DNA of 64,000 bases from Diadema antillarum (taxonomy: Eukaryota): assembly GCF_040938485.1 (NCBI RefSeq), contig NW_027271845.1, positions 310,001 to 374,000 of the forward strand, read 5' to 3'. Shown here one piece after another: positions 13,443-26,237 of the stretch (within the stretch, counting starts at the first letter, position 1; every line of letters starts with the position of its first letter). Both the position numbers and the translations under genes were made by a program. Below the pieces are notes generated by a model. It did not search any database and was not told the DNA's origin. It worked only from the letters and a program-made list of their open reading frames with translations.

Positions 13443-15540
13443 CATACAGTCCCTGGTAAGACTGTATAATTAAACTGGTTAGAAAACTGCTTGCCATTCT
13501 GCAATGCCATTATTAAATGTCTGAGTGGCTTGGGGTAAACCTGCGATATATTGATGTTCAATCTCTTGGTGGTTTGATCCCATACACTCAGAACTAATGT
13601 GTGGTTGAGCCTAATGAGTGTGACATTCTCTTGTATAGGGCACAGAAGTGTTGTGTCTTTGGGTTGTGTGTGTGTGTACATTGGGTGTGTGTGTGTGTAC
13701 ATTCACTCTCTATTTCATCACAGATATTCTTTCTTTTTTTTCAGTTGTGGGTATCTCCGTATTCTAGAACTTCATTCAGATGGGCACACCTTGTATTTAG
13801 ATGGGCATATTACTGCTCACTAGTTTGTGTGTGTGTGTGGGGGGGGGGGGCACAGAACAAAGCTGATTCTTGGGTTTAAGGTCAGATTGTGTTGTTCATT
13901 GATACAATGTATAAGGACAATTTCTCAATAATGAAGTGTATGTTTCTGATATAATTTCATAAAGCTTAGCAAGTGGGTGTAGCATGACAGCATGATTACC
14001 TGATGGTAAGAAAAAAAAAGTGAATGTCAGAGATGAGAGGTTGAGGTAAACGAAAAAAAAAAGTCCATATAATATTATGTACATTTGATTGTATTGATGT
14101 TGACGTTGAGACATGATTGTGGGCTTGCTCGTCCTTAAATATTGACGTAATGAGGAAATGCGCACTTGACTAACCATGAACAAACACTGTGCATGACCTT
14201 GATCGCTGAAAAAAAAAATCATTTTGGGAGGGATTATGATAAACATAGTTACGAATGAGGTCCACGTTTTGGGAATTTAGGCTATCTTTAGGGTGCTCAG
14301 CGCAGGCCGCTACATGAATTATTCACACAAATTTAGGCATAAATGTTGGTGGTTCATTATGTTTATTTTTCTCCTCAAAATGTTAATTTCCCGTTGCAAC
14401 ATTTGCATACAAAGGATTATGCCGTATGTGTATACCAGTACTAGCGCGCATCTCTAGACACAAAATGTAAGAAATAATCAACAAGGTATGACGTATAGAC
14501 TTTTAAGATTACAACATTAAATATTGATGCTTATTAGTAATGATTAAATCCGTTTTCTGTTTTATTTCCTTGAAGGAGATCTCTGTTATCAGTTCATTTA
14601 TACCAATTACAGGAAAGTGCACAGTTCATGAAATTATTCATACTCCTTCAGATTTGTTTGCGTGTGCGATATCTACTCTTGTTCATGTACTCTTCACCAC
14701 CATGGCGCTTGCAGGAGGAGGAGGAGGCCCGTCGTACAGGTTCTTGGTGCTTACGATGTGTGTACTATTGTGACTGTTGTCACAATACGCCTGAAATTTC
14801 AACCTACTGCAGTCACTCACTCTAGACTGACTTGAAGATGCTGTTTTGAAGATGTACGAAAATCAAGGATCGTACTAGTTGAACAAGATAGTCATTTGTT
14901 GTTTTTCTTCTTTTTAATGATATTTTGTAATACATGATAAGATTTTCATGCGAAGAACAGATAAATTCGTTTATTTCGGCCATATCTAAAAAAAAAACAC
15001 ACAAAAGAAAATTAGAAAAAAAATGCAGGCTAGTTTATCAAAATTCTGGCAAGAAGTTGATATTGAAAAGAAGAGCGCAATCGTTAAAGCAAACCGTGAT
15101 TCTTACCAAGTTGCTTTTTGTTTAATATCGATATTTCAGTGTAAGATGGAAGTGTGCTCGACGAAAAGTGACAGTGAATAACAAGAAATTGAAATGATTT
15201 TATTAATAATACATGTATTGGGAAAAAATTTAATGTAGAGATGTTGTTAATGAGTCTGAATATGAAAGCAAGACATTTTTCAGCAGAGGGATGAAAGTTG
15301 AGGTGTGAGTTTTCTTCGATTTCTGACGTGTTTGATAAATTTTAAATCAGCAGTTGCGATCTTACAAATTTCGTTTGTAAAGGGAGACAAAATTAGGGAG
15401 ATAGATTGAAGAAAACTCACACCCGAGTCTGAATATGTTTGTCATTAACACGACTGTATAACATTTTAGGTACAAGGTATTTCATAAAGTGTGGCTGAAT
15501 ACTGTCGTCACTCAATGATGCCATTCAATGATAAGACAAT

Positions 15541-15653
15541 GGGCCGTATGCGTAAAAGGTATAGCAATTGCTTGCAATTAATTGCTTGTTAGCATACGGA
15601 TTCAAGCAAAAAGCTATAGCCCAAGCAATTGCTAGTTTTTATGCATCCGGCCC
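15541..15653. mobile_element. Small Harbinger-like MITE remnant
   Basis: Imperfect TIR gggccgtatgcgtaaaagg..tagcaattgcttg vs reverse complement gggccggatgcataaaaactagcaattgcttg; no clear TSD. Confidence 0.5.
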
Positions 15654-16163
15654 ACCGTGTCCCTGTCGATGTTATGGAGTATCTATTAAAGAATGTTCCC
15701 TTAAAGGTATAATGCTGAACATGTTGCTGAGGACATCATTCGTTTCTCTTCGTTTTGATACGTAGAGTGAGCACTTTATAAGACTGCAAGTTGGACAGGG
15801 GCATATAGCAGCGTCCCCCCCCCCCTTTCTGAGCTGGGAGGCGGGTGTGTCATATTTTTGGAGTGCGACTCCACAAGGCAAGGCTTTTAAAAAACTAGAA
15901 ATAAATCATGAATAGTATATAAACCATCGTTAAAAGAATACTCATCCTGTTCACACCAATGACTAAGTAGCATGTAATATATTATAAGTTTCTCGTTCCG
16001 TCGTTCATATATACTTTTCTGTCCAGACATGAAGACGTGTCAGATGATTTCCAAGTCCAATAACTACGACAGCAGTAACTCATTCAAATATTATATCAAA
16101 TATCAGAAGTGCCTGCTTTCCCAACTGGTCGATATGCTCAGGGTGCGTCATGACCCAAATAAT

Positions 16164-16726
16164 CTATGCATTATGAGTGAAGCTCTCGGTATCCACGGTG
16201 AAGGTGCAGCTGCTTCGCTTCCACACGGCGACGAGTTTACCGGACCCCATCACACGGCCGCCATGGCCGACGAACTTGACATAACTCCATTCGAACAGTC
16301 TTTCGCTGTCCAGATCATCGCCTACATGCTGTACGCTGAAGAGGAGTTCAACTATGCCCCCTTGGCGGAATCGGCGAAAGACAATTTCTGTGTAAAGAAA
16401 GTGTAAAGGCAAATATAAAAGAGTGTAGTTGTCAAAATGGAGTTTTGAGATGGAGTGTTCAACAACTTCATGTTTTACGCCCTATGTTTGTCGCATGGCG
16501 GACACACTTAGACAAAGCTTTTATGATAAGGTTTGATCCTTAAATCACATTTTCTTTAATTTATTCTTAATTGTGTCTACGTCGAAAACACCTTCAAGGC
16601 ACATTCAATATACAAAAAGATCTAGGATGCTCAGTATTCAGCCATCCACTTTTTACTCTAACGCAATTTTGTAGTCCATTAAAACTGTAAAGATTTAGTT
16701 CTGGTATCATAGAAAAAAATATTCAT

Positions 16727-16769
<43 letters not shown>

Positions 16770-19448
16770 TCTATCTAATTCTAATCTTTTGTCAGGGTAG
16801 TCCATCCACTAATACGTATGGTGGTCCTCAATTCCATGGAGCCCTGAATAATGTTGATGAACATTATGTACATTAAATAGCAAAACGTATATAATTATAC
16901 AGAAGATAACGTAGATATATACTGTACTTTGCAAAGTATAACATAAAAAAATACAGTGTATATTGATTATACCACAACATTGTGCAGGAGTGATTCGCTA
17001 TATAGCCCATAATAAATTTGGTGTGTTACTTGCAAATAACAACTTTGTTTAATCTCTTAAATGAATATATGGAAGAAGCTGATCTGAATGAATGATTTAG
17101 CTTGTTTCACTCAAGTAAAGAAGATATGATCGGTCTACACTTGTATCAAACAATCAGAGCGAAATCTTGGCACATGTAGACTTCCACTGTCTATTAGCCT
17201 TGTGTGATGTTCATGTACATCATTGGGCTTAAGTAAGTGTACCTTAAGGTAAGAAGGTGCTAAGTTATGAATATTAACGTCAAACAATTCGAATGAAACA
17301 TAGATGTGTAAAACTCTAGGTAAAAACAGCTCGCTCTGTAAGAATCAATGTATATCATGTCGGAACCGAACTCAAAAGCAGAGCACAAAATTAATTGTCA
17401 AGTAAATGCACATCATCTATCCTATTTCATTTTAATTGCAACCAATGTAGCTATTTTCGCTTGCGTATACGACCATGTTAGACGAGGACGTTTAAAGGAC
17501 ACTTCTGTACAAGAAATAGTTGATTAAAAGAAAAGGCAAACAATTCACAAGCACAATAATGACAACATTTATGCAAATCTGATTAAAATAAGAAAGTTAT
17601 GAAATGTTTGTTTGTTTGTTTGTTTGTTTGTTTGTTTGTTTCATCCAATCACAGATATGCTGATTTTCAGCACGGCCATGAACATAAAGCGAATACATGT
17701 AGTTACAAAAGATGTGAAAATGATTGAAAGTGGGAGAAGGGGAACAAGGTCTTGACCAAACTGAACACGAATGTACAAACTGGTTTATCGCGAAATAAGT
17801 ACAACTTTGGTTCCGGATACGATAGATATGCTACTAGAGGATGCTATGTGCTGACGTTTTGTATACCTCCTCTTGTATAAGTCTTTAGTGAGACTGAGTA
17901 TAACAGAAACCATGTACTATTCGATTTTCGCATTGCGATGAAAACAATACAACGAATGATAACTCCTGTGTTGTTAATGCGACTATCTACGAACTTTCGA
18001 GGCTAGAAACTGAATTCGGTGTGAATTCAGGGTTCTGTTATGGCAAAGAGTTCTTGACACCGAAAATTGAGAGAGGAGAGTTGCTTCTCGAAGGTTCATT
18101 AAGAAACGTATGGGTATATGTGTGAGAAACAAGAGAAACAAGATTGGCATCATAGGGAACTTGCTCATTAGACCTTTTCCACTTCGAACGTTGTAAGTAT
18201 GTACGTAGTGGCGGATCCAGAGGGGGCGCAACCGGCGCACGCCCTCCCCCCTTTATTTTTCGTTAAAAACAAAAGAAAAACAAAAGAAAAACAAAAGAAA
18301 TGAAACCCGGAAGTGGCACCAGAAATATTAGTCACGCCCCCCCCCCCTTTACAGAATTCCTGGATCCGCCCCTGCGTACGTATTCATTTCATCTTTCGAT
18401 GGAAAGAAAAAGTTATGAATATCAATCTACTGGCAAACCTATATTTTCATTAATTCTTTCTTTATTCCTGAGAAGGACGGCCACGGGATGTAGGTCTGGA
18501 GTGTTCCATTCCTGAGGCATATTGGTTTTCATTGCTTGTCTTAGGTTTAGATGGGGAGAGGGAAATAACCAAGGGGCTTGGGGTAATCTGTGTAGGTCGA
18601 TGTACTTTTCACTATCCAATCAGAGAACATTAAAAAGGTCTTGTCGGGCTAGGACCTTGTTTTTGCTATATGACAGACATACTATTCACAAACATTGATA
18701 TATGATTTCATTTCCGATATTTCTACGAACTCCGCCAAAGGTTATATACTCGATAAATTGCGTAAACGATGTTAATAACATTTTTTCCCCTCTTAACATA
18801 AGAAATCATAGCCATGCAATCAATTTTTCTAGGTATTTCAAACAAAAACAAAATGATACAGAAAAGTGTTCTTTGGCCCGGCGGCCCCTTTGAAGTGATC
18901 GAGTAACATGCAGTTCGCAAAATTCATATCAATTGTGTCAGATTTCTGACATTATTGATTATGATTTAGTTGTTGCTTTGCACTGAGCACAGACACAACA
19001 GATGCCGTCACTCCTTCGATGACGTCAAAAACAGCTGCAGCAAGTATATAATCGAAATTGCACTCAGGAGCGGGGGAAGGTTGAACTTGCATACGCTTCT
19101 GCAATTATTCATGTGGCTTATAAGACCCACTGTAGGCCTATTTTGCATCCATTACTATACAATGTCTTTCTGGTTCTGCGTAACGGCAACGTCTGATATA
19201 CAGTATCTGTCCTGACTTAAGGCTGATCAATACTTATACGTGCTACCGCTCCATCTCTATATAAGGAATTAAATCAAGCCTTCAGACATTATATACTTTT
19301 TCCTTCTAGGAAAAGCTCAAAGCATGCGGGCACATACTATAACTTGCTCAATTATGAACGCCAGGGGACGTTTGATTAAGCTTCCCTCCCTTTGTATCAT
19401 GTTCATATTGGGAGGGAAGAGATATTATATCGTGTGTCTATGACGTCC

Positions 19449-19518
<70 letters not shown>

Positions 19519-20285
19519 AGGCATACTCATTATATCTTAATTGATTAATTGATTTATTTATTCATTCATTCATTCATTCATTCGTTCATTCATTTATCTA
19601 TTTATCTATAAATATGATTATGTAGATTATCTACTCATGCTTTCCGGATTTTGATTTGTTATCACGTCATACTCTGCAAAAATTGGAATTGATTAATACA
19701 GGACATTCTGATCAAAGCCATCACTTAACAAACGAACTAACAAATAGTTATTATGTATATACCATGTTCATTGTTATTTTTTGGACAAAAGTCATTGTTA
19801 TGATCAAACTGAGTCGCTCTTTTATCAGTCTTTCTATACCACACACCTATATATCGGATGCCAGGAGGGTACAATGTCTGTATAGTCATGATAACACAAG
19901 ACATCAAAGGCTTTATATTATTTGTTAAATGCAACGTCCTGTCAATCGACACTTGCAAATGTGACTTGACCATCATCCCTCGTATGATCATGAACGCCGT
20001 CTTTAACCTACCATCGATACAGCATAAAATAATTTGTGTAATTTCCAGTGCAGCAAACCATCGGGCCCAGGCAGCTATAGATAATAACTATTGATACTTG
20101 CCTGGATTTACGTCGCCACCTGATGTGGAACTACTTCCGGGGTATAGCATCTTGGCGTGCGGAGAATAGATCTTTGACGCTATTCCTGCCAAATCCTCAA
20201 AACTATAAAGAGTCATTTGCAAGCGACGCTTCTCAAGTATTAGGTTCATTACTGCCGACGTGTTTTCAGGACAGGATACCGCCAT
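16164..20285 (-). CDS. SnoaL-like / DUF4440 (NTF2-fold) protein, paralog A, two exons, ~135 aa
   Basis: Exon 1 20285-20102 (aaaATGG start; MAVSCPENTSAVMNLILEKRRLQMTLYSFEDLAGIASKIYSPHAKMLYPGSSSTSGGDVNP), donor CCAG|GCAAGT (GC type). Exon 2 16387-16164 after a polypyrimidine tract and cag, phase 1: EIVFRRFRQGGIVELLFSVQHVGDDLDSERLFEWSYVKFVGHGGRVMGSGKLVAVWKRSSCTFTVDTESFTHNA*. Y....A..L.PG.....G and GK.V.VWKR match the DUF4440 pattern and the paralog at 29.4 kb. The exon join is inferred. Confidence 0.72.
18206..18374. mobile_element. hAT-type MITE (CAGGGGCGGATCCAG termini), copy 1
   Basis: TIR (T)AGTGGCGGATCCAG / CTGGATCCGCCCCTG; related copies at 38723 and 46594. Confidence 0.8.
19450..19517. 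repeat. Compound (CA)n(CT)n microsatellite
   Basis: Directly visible. Confidence 0.95.
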
Positions 20286-23200
20286 TTTCCCTGTCGGGGA
20301 TACGTCAATCTCGGTCTTTTGCACAGCCACAGTATTGAGTATACCGCCCTTCTTATGACATAGATGGGAGCGGTTCACACCGGAGACCTTGTACATCGAT
20401 TGTCGAGGAGAGTCCTTCCAATTAATGATTGCAGGAACCACATGGATCTCGATTACCTTACAAGAATTCGTACATTTGCCAGTCCACATACGACCATTAG
20501 GAGAATATCTAACTCTTTAGTTACGGTCTATTCAATATAGAATAGGTTTGTACTGGCGATAATGATGAACAGCGCAGTGTCTTAGATTAGTGAAATTTAA
20601 CGCAATAACGACTAGACTTTAACCCCAACTACTCAGCAGTGTTGATATGGCGTTAAAGCTTTGTTGTACACGTGTAGAGTGAGTTCAATAAGGATTTCAA
20701 AAAATCTCCAGACATCAAGTTTGTCCTTTGAAATCCCATCTTCAGTAGATCAAAAAGCGCGCGCTACGCCTCATACCACACTTGCCATGGTATGCCATCC
20801 AAGAATGACTAGGCAGTCGGCATCAGCTGATGGATTGGCCAAAACCATCCTTCTTATTCTCTTTTTCTTCAAACGCAGCAGTGAGATCAGAGAGATAGCA
20901 GAATTACAGTGCCAAACCCGCTGGTTGTGGTGGTCTATGCGACCTTAATAAGTTCCAACAACTTGTAGGCAATCCCAACGTCAAACCTGTCACTCGAAAT
21001 CAAATGTATTATGGTATTGGCTATGTCAACGCTGCTGTCTCGATACAGTCCTCGTTTTTCGTCCTTGCGTCACACAGGATCTTATATTACCGAACCAATT
21101 ATCAAATATGCATCTGCACCGCATTATGTGCAGAACTCAACATCATCGCGGAGTAATTCATTGAACACGGCGCTTCATGGTAGCAACGACTCGGCACGCA
21201 CCATTTGCTGTCTTTTGCGGGCACAAGGTGTATAAACATAATTTTAAACTCCCACCCAAACCAGCTGCGAGTGGCAATTGACATTCAGAATATTGACCCC
21301 ATTGCTACCGCAGTACTTTTCACAATCCGATGTGTCTCAGTTCCTAATGATAGACAGGAGTATAGCAGAAAAGTGCAGAATTATGTGTTGTTATTCTTTT
21401 CATAAGACTATTTACGGTACGGGCTGCGTATTCATATAGGTTATCAGATATTATAGTAAACATTGTTTATGTTATAACTTTTTTACTGATTATGCGAGGA
21501 CAGTATCCATCAGTAAAGTCATAACAAGGTAGACATCTATTTGTTCAGTAAAAAATGTTGTGTGTTAACTTTGCATGTAACACTCTCAACGAATGTTTTG
21601 CTATATAACTATCAGTAATAGACAATAACCAGATAACTGCATGGGCCTGCTTGTCTCTAGACAATGAAAATTATTTCAGGCATTGGAAATATGACTATTT
21701 TCACAACCACTCAAGTGCGCTACCACTGCCAAACTCATGATATTTGAACCCCATTCGTCTGATAAGAATCCGAACAGTTATTGCAGTCCTGAATCATATA
21801 TCATAGCCGATATAAGTGGTATGCTCCGGCAACTCATTTTATGGCATACTGTGTAGCACTCCAGCGGCTAAATTCCTGCTTGTTTTACGGTGACTCATCT
21901 CCGTCGCGCTTTTGATAGATCCCCGCCGATATGTTTGCCCGTGGTGTGCGTACCCTTTCTTTCAATAGAAAAAACGTCGCCGTTCACCTGTGATATCCGT
22001 GGGTATGGCGAAAGGGAGGCTGCAGATGGTGTAGAGTTGCTGGATTGACAGGGGAACATGACGGGAAGGACGTCCCACCTGCTATCAAAGTAAGAAGGTA
22101 CGTACAACGCACACTAACCTGATGGACACTTTATACCTATTACGGGTTCTTCGAGTGGTTCTCGAGGGGTCCGATTGGCACACCATAAACATTGATCATG
22201 GTACATGTGGATACTTTAGATATGTTTAACTTTAGAATGGTCTTCATCAATAAACATCAGAATCTATTACTGTAAACACGATGTGTGAATCCTTCGGAAA
22301 TTATGAAAGCGTGGAAGAACTTGTCCCTTAAAACATAATCAGTACTTTAATTTGTGCGCCGGCCAGTCTAATATGAAGTCACAACTTTTCCTTTAGACCA
22401 CGGTAATCGACAGTCCCTGTTTTATTTTTATCCGGTCTTCGCCATGTGATCCCCGTTGGTCACAGGAATACAAAATTATCTAAAAGTAAAGAAAGATCCA
22501 CCACAAAGCTTTGTCCTCAGTCCTTTGAGTAACAAAAGAAATTAAAGCACAACATGTTTTATTTCACATACTGTTTGCTTCTAGCAAATACAATTCATGA
22601 ATTCTGAAGCCATGCAGTTCTTTCATCCTGTCATGATATAATGTAATAGTCGGGCGTAATTCATGAAAATGTAACAAAATGACCATGATCTCTGGTGATC
22701 TTTTGTGACATTTAAGAATAGAAAATATTAACTATGCTGTCAGTATCAAAGGTATTGGGATTATCGTAAACTACGATTTCTAATAAGCTCCTATATACTT
22801 TCCAGGAGGTTTGCAGACTGACATATGCCATCATTTCTTTGCTGATACCGCACTCATACGTCCGCTAGACCACGAATCATTCTTCCATTTATCTCGAATA
22901 AACGAACAAAAAGACACATTACTTTGCAAAATATAGAAACACTTTCAAAGCCATTAAATTCTTTGTCTGGAGGCAAAATGAACGTTGTGCTGATGATATA
23001 TCTCCCTTTAATAACCCACTCTGATCGCCCCAGCCATCCCTTGTACACCTCTGTGAGATAAGCACCTGTCACATTACACCGATCAAAGGTTTGCCTCCAA
23101 TCATACATACATTGTGTGAGTGTATATGCGCTTGCATGTGTACTTTTGGGGGGCTGTGTATGAGTTCGGGTGTGTTTCTAATGTGTTAAAATATGTTCGC

Positions 23201-25924
23201 TGCGTTTGGCAGATCGTGGGAGATAATGGATATGAAAATTAGGCGGAACCGCGACACTAAATTTTAATGACTCTCAAGGGCTCTAATATCCAATCGATAC
23301 TGAAGCCTTGAGTGACGCAAATTTTAGCCTGTTATTAATTTATTTGTTGTACAGGTTTACGACGTTAGCACATAGTTATGCACGTACTCAGACATGCACT
23401 CGGTCATGATACAAACTGTGCGCTTAATTCATTATGTCCGAGCACAGTCACGCAGTCATACATAAATAATATGTGATCTGCATCATTTCGGTGTAGGTCG
23501 TGTTCTGACAGGGTGGCAATACCTTGCCAGTAAGGGACGATATAGCCGCTCATACTGATGTCTTCCTTCTTTTATCGGTCTGACAGTCTTTTATTCATGT
23601 ATTCATAATCGTCTGTGTCATAGATACACTTGACCCGGCCGAGGGGCGAAACGGAGTTACTCATCACAGGCAGTAGGTGGAGCCATTGGTGCATGCAGTA
23701 AATAGTGCGGATTAGTCATGATCTGGCATTCGGGCTGCTAGGGAGAGCACAGACTGATGAAAATACACACCTCCACGACGTATTCCATTCCCAACGTAGT
23801 CAAATCCCTAAGTTATCAAAATACTACACGTGAAGCTGACTCCATCCATACAAATTTCGTGAGTATGTCAAAAGTAAGACATTCTGCATTTAGTTTGATT
23901 CTGTGATTTACTCTGCTGTTTTTCACCGAAAGATAACATTTAACAGCACCCAGCTTGGTCTCATTCAATCTCATCATATCAACGAAGTCACACTTCCCTG
24001 CCTTCTAAAAAGCATTCGTGCATATCAGTCAATTCACAAAGTGTGTTCGACTGTGTGTTGCAGCTCCATGGTTTGACCCAGCTGTTAGTTATAGGGATGC
24101 CTTATTTCATACCCAGAGTGTTTATGTGAATTTAATAATTGGATTTCCAAAGACGATTGTAGACCGTATGGAGATGCATATTTTCTTTCAATGGACGTAG
24201 CTATCCAGGATGATGTTATGATGCGAGTTAACTGCAAGGATTAGGAAGATGGCATTATACATTACCTGTAAAGGCTACTCAGACCTGTGGAAACCATCCT
24301 CGATGCGAGTGATCTCATGGCTTTGCGATTTGAACGTGAATAATATGCATACCCAATCACTTCCCTATACTGTCCTTAAACTGATACACTGTACAAACAA
24401 CCTTGTTTATCAGTCTTCCCATTCATCTCACAAAGTTCTATCATTCTCTTATGCCTGATCAATAAATCCATACGAATTTATCATTGTGATAAAAGCTGTA
24501 TAATAGAGCATTTAGACCAAACTTGCTGAACAGAATACATTTCGCAAACTACGCGACTGTGACTTCATGTAATGTTATGTTCTAAAGGATTTGACTCATA
24601 TAACACATCGTGCTCATGGAAAAAGTAAATCCTCCATCAATAAGGCATATACGATTCACATGACATTATTCCTTACTTCATTTCATAGACCTGTGAAAGA
24701 TATCTTTCGAAATTAAAGGGCAAGTCTGGACCAAATAAAGTTAGTCTCATTAGTAAGAGTAAGATTTTACAAGCGCAACAGCGAAAATTTGACCACATCA
24801 GGTAAAGATTAAGGACGTTATATGAAATTATGAAGTTTCGCTTATTTTCAGAAAACAGTTCCTGCACAGTCAATAAGAATTACAGAAGGAGTGAATTGAT
24901 GATGCCATCGCCTCTAAACTGGCCATATAATTCGTACACTAAATCTTGAAAGTTCCCGTTGCAGTTTTATCTATTTTTTTTTTTTGAGGGGGGGGGGGGG
25001 GGAGGGGGTGGTGGTTCAAACGCAATTATGCCCCAATCTCCAATCCTGATGTTGGCTGATCTTTAGTACGATGTTATTCAACCAGGAGTAATGTTATGTT
25101 TCACACTTTGATAGCAGGAAAACTGTATTTTCGTCGGTCTTTGTACACGATTTTTGTACACGATCAACGAAATATTGTGAGATGATGACATCATCAGCTC
25201 ACTCTCTTGAGTATAATTAATTCATATCAACTGTTGGATGACTGTTTGTGCAAAAATTAGGGAAAGTTCACAACTTCATAACTTCCCTTACATTTATCCG
25301 ATTTTGATCACACTTTCACTGTTGTACTTACAGAATTTACTCTTTCTTATGAGACGAACTTCAAAATTGTCTCGAATTCCCCTTTAACTAACTGCATCTG
25401 CTTGGAAGGAGTGAAGAGAAATGAGTCCGAAAGGTGCATAATTCTGAGAAGGAGGAACAGTGTAACAAGTTGGGCAGATGCTATGAACCCTGGGAACTTC
25501 TTGTAGGATTCAGTTCTATAACTTAATAATTGATAAAGCTGATATAAATGTCCTGACAGAACCCCAAGACATTGCATGTCAGTGACAAAAAGAGCAAATA
25601 TCGTGATTAAGATTGTGTTTTAAAACTGAACAAATTTCTGCAAATAGTGATAAACAGTTGAAGGAGAATGAAACTCAAATTATGTAGATTTTGAGTGAAT
25701 GCCGCAATATTTTAGTACGAACACACAAGTGAATGAGAAGTTCGAGGAAATCGGACAATCTGTTCAAAGGTTATGAGTTTTAGCCGCAATCGCTGGATGA
25801 GAAGACTAACATTTCGTGACGTCACGTATGAAAAACTATGGAAGAAAACTGAAAATTGAATTCCTCATACTTTGATATTTCTTGCATAATGAAAGAGCAC
25901 CGCATGACTTACTTTAGTAAGAAA

Positions 25925-26237
25925 ACATCGTCGGAGACGTCACGGAGACGTCTTCGCGACATCTCCTTAGTTGCAACCAAGTCGCGGGGACTAATTTTAT
26001 TCGCGAGGTCTCCGAGACGTCTCCGCGACTTTGTAGAGACCCATTGGTGACGTCTCGGAGACGTCGCGAAGACGTTATGCGACTTCCGGACGAATAAATT
26101 ATACCACCTACTAGTAATTTGGAGACGTATCTGAAATCGCCGTGGAGTCGGTCTCTAGGTGGGAGCGCAAGCCATCTTTTTGTCTTCCGAGTCGTACGAG
26201 TGGCGGCGACGTCTCCTCTCAGTGAGATAGGCCCTTA
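25925..26237. mobile_element. Harbinger-like MITE, left end missing, rich in GGAGACGTC/GACGTCTCC sub-repeats
   Basis: Ends CAGTGAGATAGGCCCT followed by TAA; many inverted GAGACG/CGTCTC motifs inside. Confidence 0.55.

Noticed and set aside
14380-15540. Possible decayed piggyBac transposase (acidic stretches, Cys-rich CLRC..YCDCCH frame)
   Set aside because: No catalytic-domain motifs and no convincing TIR/TTAA pair.
16029-16406. 125-aa plus-strand ORF
   Set aside because: Antisense shadow of DUF4440 paralog A exon 2, which has the recognisable motifs and a splice acceptor.
17910-18125. ~70-codon ATG-less plus frame (KPCTIRFSHCDENN...NVWVYV) after taacag
   Set aside because: No recognisable motif or partner exon; lies antisense in an intron; within chance expectation.
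19737-20517. WD40-like reading of the long minus frame (YSPNGRM, VSPTGKM, YSPHAKM)
   Set aside because: No GH/WD anchors or regular spacing; the segment fits DUF4440 exon 1 much better.
21900-22050. Trypsin-like PICLP...CDIRGYG peptide on the plus strand
   Set aside because: No TAAHC or GDSGGP motif nearby, no splice sites, and an in-frame stop follows.
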